Positions 53,012 to 64,000 of a stretch of DNA of 64,000 bases are shown one piece after another. The stretch lies in assembly GCA_003344405.1 (NCBI GenBank), contig NOWV01000222.1:1-64000 (forward strand). The letters run 5' to 3'. Source of the stretch: Trichoplax sp. H2 (taxonomy: Eukaryota). A program made the position numbers and the translations under genes. The notes below the pieces were generated by a model. That model saw only the letters and a program-made list of their open reading frames with translations, did not search any database and was not told the origin of the DNA. Position 1 is the first letter of the stretch. Every line of letters starts with the position of its first letter.

Positions 53012-56000
53012 TTAAAACCAATTTTTTTTCCGTAAAGCTGTTTTAGAAAGTACATTGCGTTCCTTAAGAGTATCAGAGATTCATCAACAAAATATGACTT
53101 TACTACATTTCAATAACACTAATATTAATCAGTGATTAATATTTAATAACGTATTGATATGCAGACCCACTTTAAACAGTAAAGTACAGAGTAGGCCTAA
53201 ATTAAATATTAATTTCGTTAAAAATCAGATAATCCTCCGATTTAGCCGTACCTTACTATCAAATCTTTGAACGTTTTGTATGGTATAGTAACCTGTGACA
53301 GTGGTATTTCAATCAGTCATTCTTGTTATAAATGAATATAGGTAAGAATTTCATGTTTAAGCACAATTAAATCTATATTCTGTTACCATCTGTGGTGACG
53401 TCGCTGGTACTTTTACTTGTACTTGACTTTCTCACTTTTTTAATCTTTGACGATCTGTTGCTTGAGAGGCGGGATCGATATTCCGAATTGTTCTAGTAGA
53501 CAAAATATATTTTAATACCAATATAGAATTATTCAATAGTCCTATCATAACTGAAAATTAAACTATAATAGTGACTGGGGAAGACTAAATATAAATAGTA
53601 TTAACTTAAGAATTAAGATAGGCGATCTTAAATATGCTCCATATAGCCTTTTCGAATCGCGTTTTTACTATTTCATTATCATACAGTCGTTAGAGGATAT
53701 CCACAACTACGTAACATAGCCTATAATAAAGACATAGCACGATACCTTCATGCCAAAACGCATACTAGACATTATATTTTTCTTCTTTATCATTGCCTGA
53801 AAAGCAGCTTTGACCTATGATTACATAATTTAATAAATTTTTAGTTATACAAGAATTAAGGTTATTTTAAATATTATTAGTAATGGTTTTCAAGAGATAC
53901 ACCAATTTATTTTGTAAAAGCTGCTACGCTTGTATTACTGTCACATTTAGAGGATAAAGTAGTAAAGAACTGTTAAGCTTACCTCAGAATTTAGCAAGCA
54001 ATGGAATATGAAAATGAAGACGCCCTTTATAAGAAAAGTAAACAGTATGGCAAATAATTAAACTTCTAGTCTATAACAAAAATAGCGACTGCTGAAGCAT
54101 GCGTTATCATCTCCTAAACTTAAAAGAATAATTACTATGATTAGAAATTTGGGTTACTGTCCTATAACAATACATTAAATTTTTCATTATAAACTGCTAC
54201 GCAGTTGCTATCTATTTAAGTAAATAAATGCTTCGTCGGGTCGATAAAACGAAAATCGTAACGTCAGATTAACCATTATCATTTATGAACAGTAATATAA
54301 ATCTATCACTAGAGATCAAGGCTATTCCCAATCTTGTACTTGAGAAACCTAGTAAACTTTATGCTATTTATATTAATTTTTTATAATTTTTTAATATTAG
54401 ATGTATACCATAATTATACCGAGCCAGCTAGACTAGATTTGTAGATAATAAATATAAAATTAAAATATAACGTTTTAGCCATTATAAAAATTTTAAATCA
54501 CCCTATTCAGATGTACATTTTGTATCACGACTAATATTCGATTTAATATATCAGCGAATGCCAACACATCATAACGTGATCTATCATATTATCTCTACCA
54601 TCTAAAGAATTTTTCATGTATCAATTCATGCTATTATTACTCAAATATTACTCGAATATGTCATAAATTGTCATTTATAGTAATTCATTATAACGAGCTT
54701 CGCTAGTTGCAACGTTCGTAATAATTGCAGGTAGAATGTTCCTGCTAGACTTGATAATTATAGATTTGCGACATCGTTTACAGAGCTAACGAATAGTATA
54801 AACTAAAATTTGTAACTAAGAGTATTTCATAAATTCAACACCTGGAAGGAATTCAGGAAGACAAATAAGTAAGAAAACGCAATTGTTTCCGGCGTATAAG
54901 GAATTAGGCCAAATATCCAAGTAACACCAAGAATAGGAAACAAAATAGCCGTAGCTTTGACAATTGATCTGCACGAAAATTATAGGGTAGAAATAAATAA
55001 GTCGAATATTGTGCTATCCATAAAAGTTATGGCGATATGGATAGCAAATTTTTAGCATACATAAATAACGAATTGAATATGATAAAGTGTTGAATATAAA
55101 CATACTTAGCCTTAACGAATCTATTAGAATTAATCTTTTCACCAGCTACTGTTGTCGTCGATTTTACTGTTATTCTGATCACCAGTACCATTATCAAAAT
55201 GTTAATCTAATAACACAAACAGTGGTATGCTTAAAGCTTATATCAAATTTTTTCTTGTTTTCCCATCTAACATCTTACTATAAAAATGATAATGATGGGA
55301 GCAATAAAAGACCAGATCATGCCAAAATTATAGGATAGCCAGCAACTAAAAGATCAATATAAATGAAAGAGAAAGAAGGAGTTCACAAATTTTATATATT
55401 AATAGATCATCTACAAGCTAAGCAATACTATGTGATCAAATATCTCACAGTTCATTAGAACCATAGTCCATGAATCGAACGATAGCTGTGATACTAACAA
55501 CAATAATAGGACAGCCTATGAAATCAAGAACACAAACAAAAAAATTAACGCTCAGCTATATTATTTGTAACTAACATCTGCGGAAGATAATTTTAACAAA
55601 ATCAAACTGAAGAAGCCGCTTGTACGAAGATAAAAACTGTATATATAACATTGTATACCCCATCCGATGCCAAAGTAAATTTTTAGCTTGCTCTTGTGAT
55701 TGAAAACGGTCACGATAAGAAAGTATAAATGGATCGCCTCCACCAACATCCATGAAAACGTTGCCAAATAAAAGATGTGAAGGAGGATGCTACTAATTTT
55801 ACAAGCAATCTATAAAGTATTCAGAAAGGCATATGAGATCAATTCGGCTTGCAACCGTCAAGAATGAACAAATTGCGCACGACGACTTTGACTTACGACA
55901 TTTCCTGTAGCATTCATAGCGCCAAGCAGTGTAGATTGCGCAAGAAATAAAGCTATTAGTAGATTTTTGTGGACGACAAATCTTTCCGAATTAAGGCTAG

Positions 56001-59000
56001 AAGTGTTACAGAGAGAAGAATTAACTTCTTTAATAGAACATTTTTAATAATTAGTAGTATAGGTTATTTCGTTTTCAGCTAATTTTACGCTCATCCTTAC
56101 TTCAAAACACCATAAATTATCATAGTAATGACAATACAAAGCAGAGAACATCCAGTTCCAATATATGTAACCACATCTAATGCATTCAAATGAGCTTTCG
56201 ACTTATTGTATACATCTTCTGTTTGCTATTGCAACATAGAATGACGCACGTTGTAAATTAAAACATCTACTTCATCAAATTACATAAGCAACGCTGCATT
56301 TAGTAATATGTATAATTCTAGTCACTTGAATTGGTTGAGCCATTAATGCAAAATGTGTTAAGTGGTTGCATTGACAAATTGTGTAGGAACTACCATCTTC
56401 GATCTTTTCGCAGCCGTAAGTTGACCAATTGCTAAGGCAATAAAGTGTGCAACGTATTATATAATGCGAACTCACATTCATGAATAAAGAAGTGAAGGTG
56501 CAATGTGTATAAGCAGCCTAATAGTAATTATTTGATCGTTAATGTATTTATTATCAGACTATAGTCGTGCTATCTTAGGATTTTTATATAGAAGTCGTAA
56601 TGCGCAATAGGTATGCACACCGTTGGCATATCAGTTTTATTACATGATACTACTTTCGAAATTCTACCTGTCAGTAAATTATCTGACTTGGGAGTTTAAT
56701 TTGATACCGTTCATAAAGGATTGAATACTTACAGCGCCTCGGTGTCCCAAAAGGAACATTGGACTTCCTCATATTTGTATTTAACCTAATGGAGTACATA
56801 CAAACATTATTGATATTTAATATTCCTTTATATTTTATTATCCAAGAAGGGAAACAATAAGTCATTAAGTAAAGGACTAGGATATGTTGTTTGCTAACCA
56901 TTGTATGAGATAAGTTGAAGATAAATCCTTCGGTTGGTACGAAAAGGGAGGGTGGATTCAGAGAACAAAATAAAAGGGATGAAATTGGCTGCAGACTGAT
57001 ATAAAAATTAATGTCAGTGTTCTAGTATCTTCTACACAGTACCCATTGTAAATCAAATGAAGGAAACTTTTCTTATTCTAATATCAATTTAACGTGCGAG
57101 GCAACATTTAATTTTGACAAGAAACTAAACTTAGATCCATTAATGCTTACAATTGCTACCAATAAAAACACTACGCATGCACATCATGAATTTACAAGCA
57201 GCAGTAATGTCTACCTTGTATTCTGTAGTGAGCCACCAAATACGCTATCAAAAGACTGTAGTCCAGAAATTACCTCTAGACGATCATAGCTTTCTGTAAT
57301 AAGAAAGATATTTCTTTAAAAATCGACAATCTAAAAAATTTTCTTTCAGTGATTTAACTGACTTAAGAGTACGATAAAAGCGGAATTTTCGGTTTGATAT
57401 ACTCTTCATGATGTATATATGATAATTTACAAGCATATATAGAATAGAATTTAGGTGTTGTTGCATTTTCATAATAGTTAAATTGGCAACACTGGTGCAA
57501 ATTCATGAGTACTTTCGAAAAAATTACACTTTTTAGAGAATTCATTATTAAATTAGACATAAGCTTGACTAAGTAAAATTATAAACTGGCATAACTGTTG
57601 TGTAACTATACTTTCAAATGAAATTGAACACTAATGTAATTGTCAATGGTAAGATTCTTACACTTCTGGAAAACAACTTAACGCAGTCATCTATTTTTAA
57701 CTAATCCATCTTAAGTTGCACATCCACATTACGGTTTAAGAATAATTTATGTTTATTTTATAAGCGTAAAGAAAGTTCTATGTAGCATATTGTATAAATA
57801 TTAAAATGAGAGTACCACTTACCATTGAATTTATTAGCCAGCCTGGGTAGAAGAAAATATGCCTTGTCATCAATGGTCGAATTAAAAAATAATTTTTCAT
57901 ATCTGCTGATCATATAATTTCTTCCTTTACGAATATCTACCGATAATTCTTGTACAATATAGAATAACGGTATTCAGTATAAATACCATTATAATTATTT
58001 CGCCTTCATTTATAATTTTTAATATTGTTTGAGGTACGTAAAAATACAAGATTGTCATAATCGCGATTAATGATCTACAAGGTTCATTATTTTAGGTTGC
58101 GTCATAATCGACTTCAGTAATTGAATTGCTTTCTCATTTTTAATGTTAATGATAAATTGCTTTACCTAAATTATCGTCTTTAATATCAACCTTATCACCA
58201 ACACCATATGGTCTCGCTATTTCAATTCCCAACGAATCTAGATTTCTGATTAATTCCGTGGCTAAGTCTTTTCTTTGCTTCTAGAATTTGTAATTAAATA
58301 ATATTTCATTGACTTAATGTATAATTTTTAAGATAAAAATGATGATAATGCACAAATCCTTAGTCACTAATCTTAAAAGCTATAGTAGCCTATAACTTTA
58401 TTCAATATTTCAGGCCTATAGAAATACTAAGGCAGATTACTTCTTTTATCAGCAGCCAGAAACAGCGTATTGATTAAATATTTCAACTAGCAATCTGTAT
58501 TATAGAGTGCCTGAAATTTCTTCATTTGTATAAACTTCTTATCCAAGATTAAATAACGTAACACGTCTTTCCAAGTAAATTTACTAATTCTGACTCGAAC
58601 TTATACTAACAGTAAAATTTTCATTCTCTTTGAATCCGATTATCAATCCAGTTAAGCATTAGCTACGAATCATTTTATTTTTTAATCTATGAATTAATAT
58701 TTGCATACCGTTTCCCTACTTCTGAAATAAACTGGAAGATATCTCAAAACCCTGGTGTACTTCTGCAAAAGTATTGTTTGGTTTATCCACATGAATCATA
58801 TTCATGGAATTACAAAGACGGTATTACAATGAAATGACAAAATTTCTACCTTAAGTAATTCATTCTTGATATTACTATCTAGCGATTTGATATTAACGGA
58901 TTTTATCATTTTTGGTAAGAGGCGTAACAATTGTTGTAAGTTTCCCAGCGAAACATTATTTTCGTGATGTAAAACGTTTATAGTCGCAGTCAAGATTTCT

Positions 59001-62000
59001 TGAGCAAATTTTTCTGCTACCTTACGACCAATTCGCGTGTTTTTCCGAACCTACAAGTACGACAAAACGGCGACGAAAATTGAATAGTTACGGTAATATG
59101 TATGACTTTGTTTGTTGAAATAGTAAACATTAAATCTATATTCTTTTGTAATTATAGTAAAAATCTTTTGATCGATCTACTTCAATGCAAAATGCTTGCT
59201 TACTATATAAGTAATCGCTTTAATTGATGTTAAATCATGCGTATAGGCAGCCCCAGCTGAATAATTTGAGTTTGTAGGATCTGCAAAACCGGGAAAATTA
59301 TTTGCATAAAAATTCATTCAGTAAATAAAATCAGATGTCTAAAGATCATAAGTTTGATTGTTATTAAATAGACAATAAGTAAATCCATGCACGACAATTA
59401 CAGCCGCTGCTGGCAAAAAAAGGTACGCGATGATATGGTAGACAATGGCGAACTATCAATACACAGTAATACTGTCATTATAACGGATTCCTGCTCCCTC
59501 ACTATGCATCGCGTGTTGCCATAAATAAATTAAATTAAAGGATATTTACCATAAGGCTTAAAATACAGTTGCTTAAGGCTTTCATAACAAACTAAAGGTA
59601 TTCTAATTCACAATAGCAAACCGCCAGCTTTAGTAAGAGTCAAATAACCAATTTGGTTCGGTAAAGTAAGCAGTACGCATGAATAGCTTACCAATTGTTA
59701 AATTTGATAATGAATTGATTGATGAAGATGGTGATGTCGATGGCTCTGCAAAATAGAATGGCAATGGTATTACTGTAGAACCGATTTGAGCTGCTATGCT
59801 TAGCGTAGCTATTTTCGCAGAGATTCTGTAAATTTATGCTATAGGTGATAGGATTATCGTCTGATAATATAATCAATATAGTCGTTTACAATTGAGTTTC
59901 ATATTAGCGTACAGCTTACAGCGTTGCGCTGTTCACCGTGACATGTGGCGAAATAGTGCGATTTTATCAATATACTCAAAGTGCAATATTTGCTTACTTT
60001 TGAAGGGTGTAACTTTGACGCCGGTGGTAAATTTGGTAGTTGCAGCTTGAACACTAGAGCGCGTCGACATCATTCCTTGGGATGTGGTACTTATTCCACT
60101 ACTAGATGCAAAAGGGCTTCCTACTGGTGCTTTAGACGTGGTTTTAACCGATTGGGTAGTTGCAATAAGAAGAGTGGTTATTTCTGTTGTTGTTTTGGGA
60201 TTAGTTACTAACTCTGTAGCTTGTGCAGTTGTATTCTGCATCAAATCTGAAGAAGTAGTGGCTGTACTAGGTTGTGCAACGCTCGTATTGGTACCTATGG
60301 CAATTAGGGAAGTATTACTTATGATCGTATCGGAAGATGATGTGGATGCTGGTGAAGATGGTTGGGTGGTTTCCGAAGACAGATCTCCACTTGTAGTTGT
60401 AGCTTCTCGTATCGGATCTTTTGTAGAGATAGCAGGTGCCTTAGAAATCACTCCTATATAATAGTGGTCAATTTAATCGTTGTTATTACAATCGTCAGCT
60501 GTATTCATATCGTCAATATATCATCACGAAAGGGTTATCTATCCTATTTCTACCTGTTGTTGCCGGTACACTAGTAGTACTAATTCGATCTGTTGTAGTT
60601 TCTACGCTGATAGAAGAGAGCGTTCCTGTAACGGTTTGATGACTGCCCTGATTGCTGGTTGTTGCTTGTTCTACGGTCGAAGTTGTAATTAAATCTTCTG
60701 TCGTTGCCTCTTTGGCCATGTCAGTTGTAGAGTTGAAGACTGTTGCATGGCTTGCTTCCATGGCAACATCAGTTGTAACCTCTGTTCCAATTGCATTTGT
60801 ACTTTGTACTGTCATGGATTGGGTAGCTGTTCCTGCTATTGCGTTGGTTGTATTTGTCTCCGTATTTACTGCTGCTGTTGATCCTGCAACTGTACTAGCA
60901 ACTTCTTCTGTCGTGGCATTGCTTGAGGATACATTCGCTGCTTCAGAAGTAGCTGCAGCCATCGTTTCTGTCGTCTCTTGGGTGATTTTTTCTCTCGTTA
61001 TTGCTTCAGTTGTTGCTCCTGTCGCCATTTCAGTCGTTGTATTAGTAGTTGGATAACTTATAGTTTCATTTGTAGGCTGAGTCGTTGCTTTAGCTGTAGT
61101 TTCATCTGTGGTTTCAACTGTAGTCTCTATCGTAGCTCCTGTTGCAGGCTCAGTCGTAGCGTCAGTTATTGCGTTACGTGTGTCATCGGTTGACGTATCT
61201 ATTGTTGCCGTCATTGCAGGTTCAGTAGTTGTTGCTACAGTTGCATCGGTTGTAGTATCCGTTTTCGCATCTGTAGTTGCTTCAGTTAAAGTGTCAGCTG
61301 TGGCCACACTAGTGCCCGCAGATAGAGCTCCATTTGTGACTTCAGCGGTTATTGCAGAGGTTATTTCATTTGTTATTCCAGTTGTTCCTTCTGCTGTTGT
61401 TTCTGATGTGGCTTCAGTTGTGGTTTCTGTTGTAGCTTCTGAAGTAGCTTCTGTTGTAGCTTCCGATGTTGCTTCTGTTGTAGCTTCAGTCGTAGCTTCA
61501 GTCGTAGCTTCAGTCGTAGCTTCTGTTATCGCTTCAGTAGCTGTTTCTGTTGTAGCCTCAGTTGTCGCTTCACTCGTAGCTTCTGTTGTAGCTTCTGCTG
61601 TAGTAACTGTTGTAGCTTCTGTTGTAGCTTCTGTCGTAGCAACTGTTGTCGCTTCAGTTGTCGCTTCAGTTGTCGCTTCAGTTGTCGCTTCAGTTGTCGC
61701 TTCAGTTGTCGCTTCAGTTGTCGTTTCAGTTGTCGCTTCAGTTGTCGCTTCAGTTGTCGCTTCAGTTGTCGCTTCAGTTGTCGCTTCAGTTGTCGCTTCG
61801 GTTGTCGCTTCGGTTGTCACTTCAGTTGTCACTTCAGTTGTCGCTTCAGTTGTCGCTTCAGTTGTCGCTTCAGTTGTCGCTTCAGTTGTCGCTTCTGTTG
61901 TCGCTTCTGTTGTAGTCTCAGTGGTAGCTTGAGTTGTGACGGCCGTCGTAGCTCCAGCATCGTCTATCAATTTTTTAGTTGTACTTATTTAGTTATTTTA

Positions 62001-62647
62001 AATCGAATAATTATAATTAAGGATTGAAAATGGTGTAGCGCTTAGTTGAAAAGATAATTTTTAGCATAGAACTCTATAATATCATAATTATATTCAATTT
62101 TCCGCAAATTGAAAATGCGAGTATATAAATTGTAGTTCATGTTGGACCGCTAAATATTGTATCAATTCATGACCTCACCCTTTAAATCACTATTTGTGGT
62201 TAGTCATTTACCTACCTACTTCACATATATATCTTACACTAAAAGAACAGTCGATGTCCCTCCAGTACCAGGTGATGGATGGATAAAGATTACACTGATA
62301 AACAACACATTTTTGCGACGTAGAAAAAGGAGCCTGGTGCGATGGTGTAGAGTAAAACCAGTCGTTGTATCCGTAGAAGGCGATACTTTTACCTGTTCTT
62401 AGCCATTTATGACTACTATCCTTATCATCACCGACTACATCTTCGACACCGATATAAGTCCACAACGTATTGGTACCCATGACAGTAGTTGTAATAAAGT
62501 CGTTAACCTCGGATGAATCAATGTAAACCAGGGTCGCTCCAGGTTCTAGGCTATTGCAAGCGTCTTTAGCCATACTAAATGTCTGTGGTGTGTCAACAAA
62601 TTTAAAGCAACGCGACTCATATTTATGCCAACCAACAGGACAACCAC
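53012..62647 (-). CDS. Adhesion GPCR paralogue 3 (C-type lectin + TEAT mucin stalk + GAIN/GPS + 7TM); 5' signal exon not located
   Basis: CTL exon 62216-62647; stalk exons 60554-61963 and 59998-60453; GAIN exons about 59.3-56.7 kb (VQCSFWDTEA); GPS exon 56326-56431 (WSTYGC...CQCNHLTHFALMA); TM exons LNSERFVVHKNL, TFSWMLVEAIHLY..GWG, KATAILFPILGVTWIFG, GVFIFIFHCLLNSE; tail exons. The final exon (stop about 53012) is tentative. Confidence 0.9.
59998..61963 (-). CDS. Two mucin-like stalk exons of aGPCR paralogue 3 (60554-61963, 59998-60453)
   Basis: 1410-nt and 456-nt phase 1-1 exons within ORFs 60513..61970 and 59933..60451; Thr-rich with (TEAT)n. Confidence 0.85.
61400..61930. repeat. 12-bp coding minisatellite (GCTTCAGTTGTC)n, about 44 units, encoding TEAT on the minus strand
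   Basis: Direct tandem repeat visible in the sequence. Confidence 0.95.
62216..62647 (-). CDS. C-type lectin domain exon of aGPCR paralogue 3
   Basis: 432-nt phase 1-1 exon: CPVGWHKYESRCF...C...YIGV...KC...WYWRDIDC...RYICE; overlaps ORF 62208..62573. Confidence 0.9.
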
Positions 62648-64000
62648 CTACTAATATGCAATAAATTAAAAAGTTGACATTGAACGAGCTTTAAGCTATT
62701 TTAACTTATGCGAAATTACTGTTAAGAATGATTTAATCGAAAGAACCATGATATTGATGTTTTTACTGTATGGACATTTCAGTATAGCAATTCTATATTA
62801 GCAGTTATCGTAACGAACTGGTGTTAATGAGTTAATTCTGTAAATAAGCTTTCATTATATTATCTATGCGACGATATTATAGCCCCCCCCCCGTATTTTA
62901 AGGTATTTACGGCGTGTTATGTGATCGCACTAGTCACTTACTGTACACCTATTCGATAAATTTAGAGTAGTAACGTTACGTTAGATGTAAAATACTCATT
63001 TTTCAAGATTAGACTGAGAATGTATAACGTATAAAATACGTATAGATTACATTACTGTCGCTGCTTGAGGCCTTTGATCTATTTGCTACGCGGCTAACTT
63101 GTATCTGTGTTGTCTCCTAACTCTAACTATTAATAAACGCGGTCTACTCCCGATCATCTAAAATTAGTCTCCATCAAAAATACTTGACGCTAAAGGGTAT
63201 CTATCAATTTGCTTACGAGTATCACAGTGCTGTACACTAAACAAATATTGATCTTTGAAGGGAAAATGATCTAAGTTGTGGGTGCTTATTAACAACGGTA
63301 CGAAATCGATATCCACAGTTTTTGTATGGTTAATATACGATGCATTAGTTTTAATGTATCTATACTTTTCCAATAATGTAGAAGCCAATGTCTTTGCCGA
63401 ATTTTGTGGTATACAGTAATATAGAGCAATATCTCACTAGGAAGTTAGATCTACCAGGAAAAAATAAGAGTATCTTGATAATATTTAAAGTTACGAGGAA
63501 ATACGTATGCTGTGGCTATTACAATACTTGATTTAAAAAATTAATTTGCAATATCGTTTGTCCCTGAAATTTACACATTGTTTACATTCGGCTAATCCGA
63601 AAAAATACTGCGTAAATAAGTCAGCACGGTATTCTGGAATTTGCGATTTATTTGAATAAAGAAGAATTAGAGACTTATCTATGAAATTTATATCGCTTTG
63701 GAAATCGTTAAAAGGAATTTGTGAGGATATTAGAAGTATGAGTTATGCACTACATTAATATTTTATGGAAAATAACATACCTGCAATAGAACCCCATAGG
63801 ATTACCTATAATGAAGGTGGTAAAGTCTGCAGTTAAATCCTCTATTATTAACAAATAGGGCTTAAGATAAATAAAAAGTAAAAAAAGAAGCGAATTATTT
63901 TTCATAAATTCAATTATTTGATGTACAATAGCACGGCTCTGAACAGCGACGGAATTACAAAGTAGGAGTTTTAGGATAATGTCTACAACTGCTTTCAGCG

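Noticed and set aside
4107..62647. PKD1/REJ-like polycystin assignment (CTL + stalk + GPS)
   Set aside because: The GPS is followed by a secretin-like 7TM, not by PLAT and channel domains.
63164..63388. 74-aa minus-strand ORF upstream of paralogue 3
   Set aside because: No recognisable motif or signal peptide; cannot be supported as coding.

Overview
AT-rich, intron-containing animal genomic DNA. The short introns and gene content suggest an early-branching metazoan such as a placozoan (inference only). The window holds three tandem minus-strand multi-exon adhesion GPCR (family B2) paralogues, each built as C-type lectin domain, Thr-rich mucin stalk, GAIN/GPS (intact HL|T), 7TM resembling ADGRD1/GPR133, and a short tail. 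Their signal-peptide exons could not be fixed. Both spacers between them (about 15.9-31.5 kb and 43.9-52 kb) lack long ORFs, but hand translation shows many stop- and frameshift-riddled leucine-rich-repeat fragments on the + strand, each ending in a DGN(P)xxC LRR C-cap. These look like two decayed LRR genes, so the duplicated unit may have been an aGPCR+LRR cassette. The spacers and the left end carry several families of TGT...ACA solo-LTR-like elements with 5-bp target-site duplications, including a triple-nested insertion and a conserved terminal hairpin. A scrambled filled/empty-allele segment lies around two 20-N gaps. No RNA genes or CRISPR arrays were recognised.
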